DNA of 64,000 nt from a virus (Duplodnaviria; Heunggongvirae; Uroviricota; Caudoviricetes). This document shows positions 16,625 to 28,026 of the stretch, in pieces (the first letter of the stretch is position 1; every line of letters starts with the position of its first letter). The DNA lies in the IMG/VR virus record IMGVR_UViG_3300014204_000132; one strand, given 5' to 3'. Made by a program: the position numbers and the translations under genes. The notes under the pieces are model-generated. The model was not told the origin of the DNA, made no database searches, and was given only the letters and a program-made list of their open reading frames with translations.

Positions 16625-19600
16625 TTAATTTAATTTTTTAAGTTCTCTTTTTAACTCCGATAAATCATCCAGCCAAAGTTCATGTAAAGTTTTTTTAGAA
16701 TATTCTTCCAATTCTTTAATTTTTTCAGCTAATTGATTTTTTAAATTATCATATTTTTCTTTGGAAAGAGAATATATCACCATATTTAATAGATAATCAT
16801 ACGAATCATCTATTTTATCCAAATTATTTTTTATACATTCCTGTTCAATAAATTCTTTATTTTTATTGGATATAACGATTTTATTTTTAATTATTAAATC
16901 TATAAAATTACACCTGTTATTAAGTATCTGTATATCTCTTTTGAATTTATCAATTACAGAATTTTTTCTTTTATCATAATAATCTAATCTGATTTCCATG
17001 AAATCATCTATTACTTCATAAATGTCCCCGTATAATTTGATTTTATCATTCTTATCAAACAAATTCATGTTCGAATTATTGATATACGATGTTAAATCAA
17101 ATATTTTCAAAATATAATTAGGGGTAAATAATTTTAAAGATTCTTTAGGTAATTGTATTATAATATTGACGTTCTCATCTGTACTATGCTTAGTATAATT
17201 CAATATAACTTTAGTATCAATCAATTCATTTAATTTGAAATAAAATTTATCATACCACAATCCAATCGGTAATTCAGTTATTTTTAACCTATCATTATGT
17301 AACTCAAATGTACCCTCTGTAACATATCGGTCTTTATCCAGATATATTTTACCTTTAAATTTATTATAATATGGATTAATATTTTTTCTTGGATTAGCTG
17401 AACCTTTTATTTTTTTTTCAATATAATCAACCAAATCAACAATATTATATTTTGGAACTAATGTTGACCAACCAGTTCCAATACCTTCTGCCCCATTCAC
17501 TAATACCATTGGAATAATAGGTATATAAAATTTAGGTTCAATCACATATCCATCATCATCTAAATATTCTAAAACTGCATTATCTTCTTTCCTGAAAATA
17601 TAATCTGTTATAGGAACTTTATTTGTAAAAATATATCTCGAAGCAGATGAATCTTTACCACCCATTGAACGAGTTCCAAATTCTCCAGATGGTATAAGCA
17701 AATTTATATTATTTGAACCAACAAAATTCTGAGCCATATTGATAATTGTTTGTTCAAGTGACTGTGGGCCATGATGATAAGAGGTGGCTTCAATAATAGC
17801 ACCTGATAATAAACCCACTTTAACTTCATCTTTATAATTCTTTTTATTTAAAGTATAAAGTATTTTTCTATGAGTTGGTTTAAATCCATCAATAACACTT
17901 GGTATTGACCTAATATTATCGGCCATACTAAATTCAATAAGTTCATCATTTATAAATGAATCATAATATGTTTTTTTACCAAATTTATCTACTTCATTGT
18001 TTGGTTTATATTTCAACAACCAATTTTTTCTATCTTCAGCCCTATTTTTACGAAAAGCCATATCAATTAAATCCTTGGTTATTTCTGGATTTCGATAATT
18101 AAAACGTATTAGATGTTTATCAATTTCTTTAAAGAATTCTTTTGATTCATGTGGTTCTATTGTACCAAGTCCTTTATAATATTTTACAAACCAATTATCA
18201 ACATTTACAGTTTCTTTCCATCTCCTGTATTCATTTAATTTATAAAAATATTTAACAACAGCACCTTTTTTTACTTTAACAATTGGTGTAACAAATTCGT
18301 ATATAAAGTCAGCTTCAAGTAAATATGGGAAAAATGTTTCAAACAAATTAATCAACAACCCTTTAATATGTGAACCATCATGGTCTGCATCGGTAAAAAG
18401 AACAACTTTACCATATCTTAATTCAGAAGTATTTGTATATTTTTTACCAATTTCTAAACCTAAAGCTGATATAATACCCTTAATTTCTTCATCTTCTAAT
18501 ATTTTTTTAACTGCTATATCTCTAACATTTAAAGGTTTTCCTTTCAATGGAAATGCACCATAATAATCTCTACCAGTCACTGAAAATCCTCTTAAACAAG
18601 AAGAAAGTGCTGAATCCCCTTCAGTTAAAAATAATAAACACATTCTACTATCTTTAGTACCAGCTCTATTAGCATCATCTAATTTTCTCACTTTAACAGT
18701 TCTACCATTCTTATTTTTAACAGCTTTCTGTAAAGCTAATTGTTCTTTGAGTTCAATATAATCAATAATTTCCTGAGTAATATCTGATTTTAATATTTTC
18801 TTAATAAAATTATCTGATATTTCAATATCTTTAAATGATGATATTTTGGTATTTAATATTTCTTTAACCTGACTGTCAAATTCTGGATTAAACACTTTAG
18901 TATTTAAAAATAAAAATATTTTTGATTTAATATCATTCGGATTAATCTCGAATTTATTTCCTCGTGAAAGGGATGATTTTAGTTTACTTGTTATTTGATT
19001 TATAGCATGATTTACATGAGTTCCACCTTGTAATGTAGCCAGACCATTAACCAATGAAATTTGTTCAAATGAATCAGAAAAAGTTTTCATAACACCTATT
19101 TCCCATAAATCGTTTATTTTTTCATAAATAATTTCATGGTTATCGAGCATGAATAATTTCATATAATCTTTAAATGATTTTATACTAATCAGATTATTGT
19201 TGAAATATACTTTCACATTTGGATTATATGCAGCTATATCAATAGTTCTCTTAATCATAACTGATTTAATATCATCAATTAATTCTATAAATCCGAACCT
19301 TTCGTAATCTGGGAGAAAAGATATTTTAGTAAATTTTTTTGAAGATACTCTAATGTGTGGTTTTGGTAATTTACCTTTTTTATCCGATGATAAATTATCA
19401 GTAAATACTTGTTTGTAATAATTTTTACCATCAGCAGTTTCAACTATAAACTCTTTAGAAAATATATTACAAGCTTTTGCACCTATACCATTTCGACCAC
19501 CCCCTATTCGTTGTTCTGTATCATCATAATTTTCACCCGTAAGTAAATGTCCAAAAATTAATTCTGGTACATATACTTTTTCATCTTTATGAATAACAAC

Positions 19601-19918
19601 AGGTATACCATCACCATCATTCCAAACAGATATTTTATTATTATCAATTTCAATTTTAATAGATTTAACTCTACCTGTCTTTACACTGTGGTCAGAAGCA
19701 TTAGTAATAATTTCATCAAATATTTTTATTAATCCAGCATTATAATTAATTTCTTTCTTAACTATTTTTAAATTTTCAAAATTATCTATATTATCAACAG
19801 TGAATACCATTCTTCTTTCAGAATTAATTGAACCAATATAAGTATCACTACGCTGTAAAACGTGTTCTCTCTGGGAGAGTTTCTTATATTGTTCTTCAAT
19901 CTTCTTTTTCTTAACCAT
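16625..19918 (-). CDS. type IIA DNA topoisomerase, fused ATPase plus breakage-reunion subunits
   Basis: GHKL N-box IFDEIITNASDH, GGRNGIGAKACN, Toprim LTEGDSA...DADHDGSHIKGL, PLKGKPLNV, DGFKPTHRKILY and the active-site tyrosine motif SRYIFT. 1097 aa. Confidence 0.9.
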   Translation of the reverse strand: MVKKKKIEEQYKKLSQREHVLQRSDTYIGSINSERRMVFTVDNIDNFENLKIVKKEINYNAGLIKIFDEIITNASDHSVKTGRVKSIKIEIDNNKISVWNDGDGIPVVIHKDEKVYVPELIFGHLLTGENYDDTEQRIGGGRNGIGAKACNIFSKEFIVETADGKNYYKQVFTDNLSSDKKGKLPKPHIRVSSKKFTKISFLPDYERFGFIELIDDIKSVMIKRTIDIAAYNPNVKVYFNNNLISIKSFKDYMKLFMLDNHEIIYEKINDLWEIGVMKTFSDSFEQISLVNGLATLQGGTHVNHAINQITSKLKSSLSRGNKFEINPNDIKSKIFLFLNTKVFNPEFDSQVKEILNTKISSFKDIEISDNFIKKILKSDITQEIIDYIELKEQLALQKAVKNKNGRTVKVRKLDDANRAGTKDSRMCLLFLTEGDSALSSCLRGFSVTGRDYYGAFPLKGKPLNVRDIAVKKILEDEEIKGIISALGLEIGKKYTNTSELRYGKVVLFTDADHDGSHIKGLLINLFETFFPYLLEADFIYEFVTPIVKVKKGAVVKYFYKLNEYRRWKETVNVDNWFVKYYKGLGTIEPHESKEFFKEIDKHLIRFNYRNPEITKDLIDMAFRKNRAEDRKNWLLKYKPNNEVDKFGKKTYYDSFINDELIEFSMADNIRSIPSVIDGFKPTHRKILYTLNKKNYKDEVKVGLLSGAIIEATSYHHGPQSLEQTIINMAQNFVGSNNINLLIPSGEFGTRSMGGKDSSASRYIFTNKVPITDYIFRKEDNAVLEYLDDDGYVIEPKFYIPIIPMVLVNGAEGIGTGWSTLVPKYNIVDLVDYIEKKIKGSANPRKNINPYYNKFKGKIYLDKDRYVTEGTFELHNDRLKITELPIGLWYDKFYFKLNELIDTKVILNYTKHSTDENVNIIIQLPKESLKLFTPNYILKIFDLTSYINNSNMNLFDKNDKIKLYGDIYEVIDDFMEIRLDYYDKRKNSVIDKFKRDIQILNNRCNFIDLIIKNKIVISNKNKEFIEQECIKNNLDKIDDSYDYLLNMVIYSLSKEKYDNLKNQLAEKIKELEEYSKKTLHELWLDDLSELKRELKKLN

Positions 19919-19994
19919 TCAAAATATTTTATTTTTATACGATATGATTTTATATAATCATTTTATCACTTTGTTTTATTAAAATTTATTAAAA

Positions 19995-20024
19995 TGAAAA
20001 AAGCCCTCATTTTAGAGGGCTTTC
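19995..20024 (-). terminator. rho-independent terminator
   Basis: AGCCCTCattttaGAGGGCT hairpin followed by a T-run on the minus strand, downstream of small ORF 20036..20169. Confidence 0.5.
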
Positions 20025-20035
20025 ATATTTATGAA

Positions 20036-20169
20036 ATTTTAGCAAGCACTATTATTTTTTTATAACTAAACCCAACAACATAATTTTTAATAATAGAGTT
20101 ATAAGACCCAGTTATTTCTGAATTTTGTTCTATTGTTGAATCAGCTATCAGTTTTCCTTTTATTTTCAT
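20036..20169 (-). CDS. small ORF (44 aa), N-terminal paralogue fragment of 21165..21623
   Basis: MKIKGKLIADSTIEQ... parallels MALKIKGKQLADGTITQ at the start of 21165..21623. Confidence 0.25.
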
Positions 20170-20227
20170 ATTTTATTTTTATTTTGTATAGGTATATATT
20201 TAATTCACGAATCTTAAAAATAATATA

Positions 20228-20235
20228 TATAAATA
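20228..20235 (+). promoter_or_regulatory. TATAAATA box (T4-type late promoter-like)
   Basis: Exact TATAAATA 13 nt upstream of the ATG at 20248. Functional assignment is inferred. Confidence 0.25.
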
Positions 20236-20247
20236 AAAATATTTTTA

Positions 20248-21066
20248 ATGACTTATATTCATAATTGGAATTCATTTAACGAGAATATAAATTTATTAAA
20301 CAATTTAAACGATTTTGATTATATATTAGAAGGTAATAATACCTTAGAATTTATGAAAGAAAAAATTAAAAATATGTTTGATAAATTAAAAACAAAGTCA
20401 CAAATAAAAGAATTTTTTAAACAGGTTGTCACTAAAATTTTTAAATCTAAATTACCTTATAAAAGAATTTTATTAATATTCTTAATATCAATTTCAACAT
20501 CTAAAATAGCCTCATCTGATTTAAAAAGAATAGATTTCATCGAAAACGAAATTAAGGATTATGTAAATAAATTAATAGATTTTGGATTAACTCCATACAA
20601 AGACATATCATATATGGATGCATCTTCAGATGAAACATTAGAATTTCTCGATAAATTAGCATATAGAGAATCAAGAAATAATTGGTTATCTGCTAAAAAA
20701 GGATACGTTGGTAAATATCAATTCGGAAAACATGCTTTTAAAGATATAAAAAAAAATCAAATTGATTCAGCAACATTCGTTAATAATCCTAACTTGTATC
20801 CAGAAGACGAACAAAATAGAGATGTAATAAAATTATTAAAAAATAATAAATATTATTTAAGAAATTATTACAAATATATCGGTCAAACTATTGGTGGTAT
20901 TAAAATAACCGAATCTGGAATGTTAGCAGCATCTCATTTAGTAGGTCAAAAAGCAGTTAAAAATTTTTTATCATCAAATGGTAAAATAAATGATAAAGAT
21001 GGTAATGGTGTTTCTTGTTATAATTATTTAAAATATTTCACTGGTTATAAATTAAATTTAATATAA
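20248..21066 (+). CDS. lytic transglycosylase (SLT)-like domain protein
   Basis: ESRNNWLSAKKGYVGKYQFG fits the E-S...G-x-x-Q SLT catalytic region. 272 aa. Confidence 0.4.
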   Translation: MTYIHNWNSFNENINLLNNLNDFDYILEGNNTLEFMKEKIKNMFDKLKTKSQIKEFFKQVVTKIFKSKLPYKRILLIFLISISTSKIASSDLKRIDFIENEIKDYVNKLIDFGLTPYKDISYMDASSDETLEFLDKLAYRESRNNWLSAKKGYVGKYQFGKHAFKDIKKNQIDSATFVNNPNLYPEDEQNRDVIKLLKNNKYYLRNYYKYIGQTIGGIKITESGMLAASHLVGQKAVKNFLSSNGKINDKDGNGVSCYNYLKYFTGYKLNLI

Positions 21067-21164
21067 TAATTCCAATAATATTTCTGAAAAATATCTTAAT
21101 ATATTAATCCTAAATATAAATTGTGGAATAATAAATATATCGATAATTTAAGAAAAATTTTTTC

Positions 21165-21623
21165 TTAAATTCTCGTTAAATAAATAAAATCTATTTCATC
21201 ATTAGTATCCAATTGGTATAATGCTGTATCAGTATTCCAATAAAAATAATCACCAACTTGTTCGTCATCTGGCAATCGAATAATTATACCATTTGGAGAA
21301 AAGAAACCCATATAAGTTCCACCTGAACCACCCACATTAATTTCAATACCATTTATCATAACCTTAACATTAGAATTAGTAATACTTGAAATAGGGGTGC
21401 TACATGCTAATTGTGAACCAGAACCTGATGTGGTTATTAATGCTGCCATATTTAAGTTAGTCGTTGCATATGTTATACCAGTAATTTGACCATCAACATA
21501 TGTATCCACATATTCTTTAGTTGTTACACTTGTAGCACTAATAATACTTTCTGTTGTTACACCTAAATTAATTTGTGTTATTGTTCCGTCAGCTAATTGT
21601 TTTCCTTTTATTTTTAGAGCCAT
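21165..21623 (-). CDS. hypothetical protein (possibly structural)
   Basis: 152-aa ORF. Its N-terminus is duplicated in fragment 20036..20169. Confidence 0.5.
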   Translation of the reverse strand: MALKIKGKQLADGTITQINLGVTTESIISATSVTTKEYVDTYVDGQITGITYATTNLNMAALITTSGSGSQLACSTPISSITNSNVKVMINGIEINVGGSGGTYMGFFSPNGIIIRLPDDEQVGDYFYWNTDTALYQLDTNDEIDFIYLTRI

Positions 21624-21725
21624 AATATATTATTATTTTTTTTATATATTAAAAACATTTGTTTTTTTTTAATATTATCTTGAAATTTTTTCAAAAATAT
21701 ATATATATATAAATTAAAAATATTT

Positions 21726-22280
21726 TTGATAATGAAATCCAGAAAATTTATATTTTCTTTAAACGAGTGGTTGAATGAACAATTCAACCCACATAAATAT
21801 GAATCATTCTCAGAACTTACAGAAAAAGATTTATATGATATTGGTAAATGGGGGTTAGAAAACGATTTTTCAACAAGTGGTGCATGGGATGGTGCTGATA
21901 ATTTAGAAGAAGCTATAAAAAATATTGTTGATGGTTTTAAATTATTACTCAAAGATAAATTTCCCGATGGTTTTAATGAAATACCTAATATTATTAAAGT
22001 ATATAGATTTATTATATTAAAATCCCCAGAAGAATTAAACACAGAACATTTAGGATATTCATGGTTTTCTAATCCTGAAAGAATAACGAATCCTTATTTT
22101 AAACAACAAATGTGGCATTTAAAAGAACCCAATTTATATTTAATAACAGCAGAAATTACTGAAAGTAAAATTGATGTTCCAAGAAGTTTATTTCAACGAG
22201 ATATGGTCTGGGTAGAAAATGAAATTGTTTTGAAAGACGATACAAATATTAAAATATTATCTTTAGATAAAATACACTAA
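21726..22280 (+). CDS. hypothetical protein
   Basis: 184-aa ORF of normal composition. The competing minus-strand ORF 21614..22042 is low-complexity. Confidence 0.45.
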   Translation: MIMKSRKFIFSLNEWLNEQFNPHKYESFSELTEKDLYDIGKWGLENDFSTSGAWDGADNLEEAIKNIVDGFKLLLKDKFPDGFNEIPNIIKVYRFIILKSPEELNTEHLGYSWFSNPERITNPYFKQQMWHLKEPNLYLITAEITESKIDVPRSLFQRDMVWVENEIVLKDDTNIKILSLDKIH

Positions 22281-22957
22281 TACACATCACCATCCAATAA
22301 ATTATTAATTTTTAATTTCCTTATTATTTTAATATATTCAATACCAGTACATTGAAAATATGTCTGTCTTTTATTATGTAATATACGTTCATACATCAAT
22401 GTTAAATATTTTGAACGCTTGATATCTCTGTATACCATACAATAGTGATAATTAATTAATGAATATTCAATATCAAATATTTTAAACATACGATAATATA
22501 CATCTTTTTTTACTGACTTATAATCACTTGGAAATAATTGCATAAAAGAAAAACCATTTAGATTATGTTCAAAATAACCATTATTATATCCATATCTAAT
22601 ATCATAATCAAATATTTTACCATCATATATCTTACTTATACCATAAATAATAGTTATATGATGTTTATTACTGGTAATTGTCGGTATGGCATTAATTATT
22701 CTTAAATAATCTATTTTATATTTATTATTTATTCTAAAATATACTGATTCGGATTCTTTTATATTATGAAATTTAATAAGGTCGGTATTAAATCCTATAT
22801 TCTTAAATAAATTAATAAATTCTGAATATATTAAACATATATATGTCTTTTTAAATTCAGTAGTAACTTTTATTTCTATACTATTTAACTTTAATAAAGA
22901 TTCATATCCTCGTCTATTATAAAGTACGAATTTAATTTCTATAACATTTACATTCAT
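22277..22957 (-). CDS. hypothetical protein
   Basis: 226-aa ORF. Confidence 0.45.
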   Translation of the reverse strand: MNVNVIEIKFVLYNRRGYESLLKLNSIEIKVTTEFKKTYICLIYSEFINLFKNIGFNTDLIKFHNIKESESVYFRINNKYKIDYLRIINAIPTITSNKHHITIIYGISKIYDGKIFDYDIRYGYNNGYFEHNLNGFSFMQLFPSDYKSVKKDVYYRMFKIFDIEYSLINYHYCMVYRDIKRSKYLTLMYERILHNKRQTYFQCTGIEYIKIIRKLKINNLLDGDVY

Positions 22958-23109
22958 TATTTATAAATAAGTAGTAAAAATAATAAAAAAAAGAGAAAAT
23001 ATATATTATATATAGTATATATCATTAAGTTGTACCTTTTGAAGAAATTCAAAAATGTTATTTTATATATTGTTGTTAATCAATTGATTATAATTAGGAT
23101 TTATTTATG

Positions 23110-24180
23110 CTAAAAACGTGAGTTGTTTTGGGTAACATCTTCTTTCAATTTAATATAAAAAACTATTTCTTTTTGATTAACATCCACGTAATAATCCACA
23201 CGATAATTCCAATTATATTTCAGAATCCAATTTTCCAAAGCGGTTAAGAATTGAAAATGTGGAGTGTTTGGATTAGTGAAATCACCATATTCGAATTTTT
23301 TATAAACAATTTTATTATTTGAGATGTAAACTGGTTTTTCCTTCAAGAATTTTTTGAATTCGGTTCTAACTTTACCTAAAAATGTAAGATTATTTAGATT
23401 TATAGTTTGTAATATACCATAAATCGACATGGTAGAATTCATACTCAGATTTTTTAAAAATTTCGATGTAGTTTTGAATTGACCTGTTTGAATTAGTTTA
23501 TGTTCATGATTTATATAAAGGCCATATTTCAAAACAAAAGATTCTACTGAAAAGTAGAATGCGAGATTTGGTATATTATTATTTGAAGATATTGCATTAA
23601 ATGTAGTAATCAAAGATTCTTTATCTTTTAGTTCATTAATTAATAATGTATAATCAGAAATATTGAATGTATTGAAAAATAAATTATAATTTCCTGTATT
23701 CAAATATAATTTATCTTTTGGTTTGATGAACTTAATATCAAATTCGGAAAGTATTTTTAATAAGATGACAAATGCCCTTTCACCGTCAAACAACATTTTG
23801 TTTTCTTTTAACAGGGTAGAGAAAAGAATAATTTTTCTTTCCATTTGTACTTCAACGTCTGATATAGTATCAACAGTATAAAAATTATTCATAAATTTTT
23901 TAAAATATTTATCTAATAAAATTTTTACACAATCGGCTGCTGATTTTTTACCGACACAACATTCTTCGATAGTATCTTTGATATCAGCGAAATTATTATA
24001 TTCATTCGTAAAAAATCCATCATTAAAATTATCAACTTCATCTTGTGATATGTTATATGGTTCACCAGTGATGATAACTTTTAATTCATTCTGAACCCCG
24101 TCAAAGTAATATTGATACATTGGGTCAAATATGGGTCTCATATTTCGTAAATTCTTTCTATTATTAAGATTCTCTGGCAT
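23110..24180 (-). CDS. hypothetical protein
   Basis: 356-aa ORF. Confidence 0.5.
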   Translation of the reverse strand: MPENLNNRKNLRNMRPIFDPMYQYYFDGVQNELKVIITGEPYNISQDEVDNFNDGFFTNEYNNFADIKDTIEECCVGKKSAADCVKILLDKYFKKFMNNFYTVDTISDVEVQMERKIILFSTLLKENKMLFDGERAFVILLKILSEFDIKFIKPKDKLYLNTGNYNLFFNTFNISDYTLLINELKDKESLITTFNAISSNNNIPNLAFYFSVESFVLKYGLYINHEHKLIQTGQFKTTSKFLKNLSMNSTMSIYGILQTINLNNLTFLGKVRTEFKKFLKEKPVYISNNKIVYKKFEYGDFTNPNTPHFQFLTALENWILKYNWNYRVDYYVDVNQKEIVFYIKLKEDVTQNNSRF

Positions 24181-24413
24181 ATGTTTTAAATTTTATTATT
24201 TTACTTTCTTGAATTCAGGTAGATTATTATTCTTTAATTTTTTCGATTCTTTTATATCATTAGAATCGGGGTAAATAACATCATTTAATAAAAATTAGAG
24301 AATTTAGTAATCTTCATAGATGACACAATTTTTTATTTATATATTAAAAACAAAAAATTAAAACAATAACCTTAATTTTGCATATACAATTTAAATAATA
24401 ATCAAAATTTTTA

Positions 24414-26093
24414 ATGGTTGAATTCGAAGATGGTAAATATCAGCTTTATTATGATTTAAAATATGAACCCAGACAACAGCAGATAGATGGGGTCAATTTT
24501 ATTAAAAAAGCTATATTAACTGGTAATAAATATATGTTACTGAATTTGCCGACAGGTGTTGGCAAAAGTTTTTTAGCTACTATGTTCATAAACTGGTATT
24601 TAAATCATGTTAATGAAAATGCTAAATTTGATGTTCTGACAAATTCTAAATTACTGCAAGAACAATATATTAAGGAATTTCCATACATACGAAATCTTAA
24701 AGGCCGAGTTAATTATCCATGTGATTTGTATAATACAACTTGTGATGAAGGTATGGAAATTTGTTCTGCCAAGAAAAAAAGATGCGATAATTGCCCTTAC
24801 ATGATAGCATTATCAAATTTTATAGGTAGCCGAGTATCTATGACCAACTTTCATATGTTTGATATTGCCAGTATTTTTAATACTTCTTTTAAACAGTCAC
24901 GGGAAAGTAATGTTTTAATTGTTGATGAAGCATCCGACTTTGACCAAGTGTTTTGCGACTATATGACCACTGAATTAAATATAAATGTATTTATAAAATG
25001 TGGGTTTGAACAAACAAAAATAAATGAGTATAGAAATATAATTGCTTCAACAAATGATATTTTATCCTTGGTAGATACAATTAATAGGGTATTTCTCCCA
25101 GACTTAGATAAAAGATTAAAATTTTTAAAGAGTGAAATGACTGATGCAGAGGCACATGGTAAGTCGATACCAACTGATACTTATAAAAAATGGGCTGCAC
25201 AGGCAAGAGAAACTACGTCTAAATTTAATTCCTTGGATTTATTTGTTACTGAATTCAATAACAATCCAGAAAATTGGATATTAGAAACTGTTTACAAAAA
25301 AGATAAAAGGAAAAAAGAAGAAGGTGAGTACAAATCCTTAGTTATTCAACCAGTATGGGGTAGTGATTATATTCCAAAATATGCATTGGAACAATACGAC
25401 CATGTTATATTCATGTCTGCTACTATTTTAAATAAAAAATTATTTTGTTCTATAAATGGGTTGGATGAAAAAATAACCAAGTATTATGAAATACCATCAC
25501 CATTTCCAGTTCAAAACAGACCTATTTATTATATAAAGGCTGGTAAAATGACTTACAAGGAAAAGGAATCAAGTTACCAGTATCATTTAGAATATATAAA
25601 GAAAACTTTAAATAAGTATAGTACTGATAAAGGTATTATTCATACATTTAATTATGAATTAGCGACATGGTTAAATAATGATTTGAGTAAAACTGAGTTT
25701 AAAGATAGAATTATTGTACATGATACAGCCAATAGAAATGATAAGTTGAATCAACATGTGAATAGTAGTTATCCTACGGTTTTAATATCTCCCAGTATGA
25801 TGATGGGGATTGATTTAAAAGATGAATTAAGTCGTTTTCAAATAATAATGAAAATCCCATATCCAAATATAAAATCTAAGTTAGTAAAGAAAAGACAACA
25901 GACAAATCCAGATTGGTATCGATGGAAAACTATTGTTGATTTAGTTCAGCAATATGGTAGAAGCATCCGTTCTGAGGACGACTGGGCGCATACAATTGTT
26001 TTAGATTCCAGTTTCTCAGATGTACTTGTTAGTGATTTTTTACCAAAATATGTAGTTGATGCAGTTAAGCATTTAAAAATTAAATATTATTAG
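24414..26093 (+). CDS. Rad3/XPD/DinG-family DNA helicase with Fe-S cysteines
   Basis: Walker A LLNLPTGVGKS and DEAx box VLIVDEASDF. Cys cluster YPCD...TCDEGMEICSAKKKRCDNCPY. Motif VI QQYGRSIRSEDDWAH. Confidence 0.8.
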   Translation: MVEFEDGKYQLYYDLKYEPRQQQIDGVNFIKKAILTGNKYMLLNLPTGVGKSFLATMFINWYLNHVNENAKFDVLTNSKLLQEQYIKEFPYIRNLKGRVNYPCDLYNTTCDEGMEICSAKKKRCDNCPYMIALSNFIGSRVSMTNFHMFDIASIFNTSFKQSRESNVLIVDEASDFDQVFCDYMTTELNINVFIKCGFEQTKINEYRNIIASTNDILSLVDTINRVFLPDLDKRLKFLKSEMTDAEAHGKSIPTDTYKKWAAQARETTSKFNSLDLFVTEFNNNPENWILETVYKKDKRKKEEGEYKSLVIQPVWGSDYIPKYALEQYDHVIFMSATILNKKLFCSINGLDEKITKYYEIPSPFPVQNRPIYYIKAGKMTYKEKESSYQYHLEYIKKTLNKYSTDKGIIHTFNYELATWLNNDLSKTEFKDRIIVHDTANRNDKLNQHVNSSYPTVLISPSMMMGIDLKDELSRFQIIMKIPYPNIKSKLVKKRQQTNPDWYRWKTIVDLVQQYGRSIRSEDDWAHTIVLDSSFSDVLVSDFLPKYVVDAVKHLKIKYY

Positions 26094-26261
26094 TGAAAAT
26101 AAATAAAAATGAAAATATTAAAAAAGTATTAGATAGGTGTAAAGAGAAAAATTATAAATTAATAGAACCTTTTTTGTAAGAGTAAAAATATTAGATTGAT
26201 AAGAATACTTTATTATGATTTTAATAAAATCGATGAAATTATAAAAATAAACTTTTTATGA

Positions 26262-26633
26262 ATGAAGAAAATATACATTTTATGTAATATGAGAGTGATG
26301 AGTGATGAGGTTAGACAACAACTGGAAGAATATGTAATTGAACTTAAAAATAAAGGTTATAAGGTTCAATTACCTCATCAGGATGATAATCAGAGTAAAA
26401 GTGGTTATGAAATATGTAAACAAAACATGAAATATATTAAAAAGGCTGATGAAATACATATTTTTTATAATAATCAATCCAAAGGATTACATTTCGATTT
26501 GGGTATGGCCTTTATTCTAAAAAAACCGATTGTTGTAGTAAAGAATGAATTATACAGTGACGGAAAAAGTTTTCCAAGGATGTTGAAAGAATGGGAAAAA
26601 TATATAAAAAAAACATATCATGAAGTCGAATAA
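26262..26633 (+). CDS. hypothetical protein (possibly nucleoside 2-deoxyribosyltransferase-like fold)
   Basis: 123 aa. HFDLGMAFILKKPIVVV loosely resembles that family. Weak evidence. Confidence 0.35.
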   Translation: MKKIYILCNMRVMSDEVRQQLEEYVIELKNKGYKVQLPHQDDNQSKSGYEICKQNMKYIKKADEIHIFYNNQSKGLHFDLGMAFILKKPIVVVKNELYSDGKSFPRMLKEWEKYIKKTYHEVE

Positions 26634-26784
26634 ATTAATTGATTATTTTGTTAAGACAAATAGGTTAAAAGTAGGGGGTTACCACATTATGGAGGTAAAC
26701 AATATGTATATAGTAATGGTGAAGATAAATTTGGTGGTAACATAGATTGTAAAAAACTGGGGGAATTATTAGTTTATATGACTG

Positions 26785-27435
26785 ATGAAGATATTGAAAA
26801 AATTTATCAATTTACTAAATAAAAAACAAATAAATATCATGAATAAAACGGACATAATCAGGGTGGATAAATTCTTAAAAACCACCGAAGCAAAAAATGG
26901 TCAACAAATAAAATTCTTGGAAATGAAAGAAGTTGAACTTAAATCTAATAAACTTGAAATGACTTTAAACAACTTACAAATAAATATGCAAAAAACATTA
27001 TCTAAATATGATTATGATGATGTAGTCAATTTAGTCATAGATATATTTGATGGTTTGATGTTTAATAAAAAACGGGAAATAAACTTTTCAGTTAATATTT
27101 CAGATTTATCAAACATTGAAACGGTAAGAAAGCTTACAACTACTGTATTACTTGCTGGTAATAATATCGCTGTTAATGGTCGGATTGGGTTAGCGAATGT
27201 TATATTTACGAATTCTAAAATATCTGAAATATTAAAAGAAAAAATATTAAATACAGAATTTATTATAGTGGAATCATTGAAAGACCGAGTTTATTTATAT
27301 CGAAGAAATAATACGACAGATATCACTAACCTTTTATTTTGTTATGATGAAAGTTCTAACTTTTGTGATTTCATTAAAGTTGGTGACATTTCAACCCAAT
27401 TAGAAGTTGTTTATTTGACTGATAATACTAAATAG
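26785..27435 (+). CDS. hypothetical protein
   Basis: 216-aa ORF. Confidence 0.45.
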   Translation: MKILKKFINLLNKKQINIMNKTDIIRVDKFLKTTEAKNGQQIKFLEMKEVELKSNKLEMTLNNLQINMQKTLSKYDYDDVVNLVIDIFDGLMFNKKREINFSVNISDLSNIETVRKLTTTVLLAGNNIAVNGRIGLANVIFTNSKISEILKEKILNTEFIIVESLKDRVYLYRRNNTTDITNLLFCYDESSNFCDFIKVGDISTQLEVVYLTDNTK

Positions 27436-27868
27436 ATAATAGATATTCTTTAACATACTTGGGAGTTTTTCTTTTGCTTAGAAGAAATTCTTTCAAGGTT
27501 TTTATTTCATATTTGGTCATATCTGTACTGTTTTTATTATCCAGAATTTTTTCATCCCAAGCTGAAATTGGAATAACTTTAATAATATCAAACGGTACAA
27601 TTTCGATATTACCTGATTCACATATACTATATAATGTAGTGAACCCATTTGTTGGCTTTAACAAATAAATATCATATTCTTCAGTTAATAGAAGGTCATT
27701 GATAATTTCTTCTTGACACATTTCAATCCATCGAAATGATAAATGTGTTATCACTTTTTCTTTAAAGGCTTTACTATCTAAATAAAGAAAACAAAGTTTA
27801 TTAACATTATCTTCTATCATAGTATTGATATACCCATTGGTACTACTTTTTGAATATTCATTCATCAC
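27428..27868 (-). CDS. hypothetical protein
   Basis: 146-aa ORF. Confidence 0.45.
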   Translation of the reverse strand: MMNEYSKSSTNGYINTMIEDNVNKLCFLYLDSKAFKEKVITHLSFRWIEMCQEEIINDLLLTEEYDIYLLKPTNGFTTLYSICESGNIEIVPFDIIKVIPISAWDEKILDNKNSTDMTKYEIKTLKEFLLSKRKTPKYVKEYLLSI

Positions 27869-28026
27869 TGTAAAGTTTTATAAATTCAAATATGCTTCGA
27901 CCACCAGATAAATTAGAATTTCCATTTGCAGTTAATTGTATTGCAATTGCATATAATTTATATTCACATTCGAATATCTGATTCAATTTAACTTGTCTGA
28001 AATGAGGTTTTTTATTTTTTCCCATG

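Noticed and set aside
21614-22042. Minus-strand ORF 21614..22042
   Set aside because: A low-complexity S/N/L-rich product overlapping the better-composed plus-strand gene 21726..22280.
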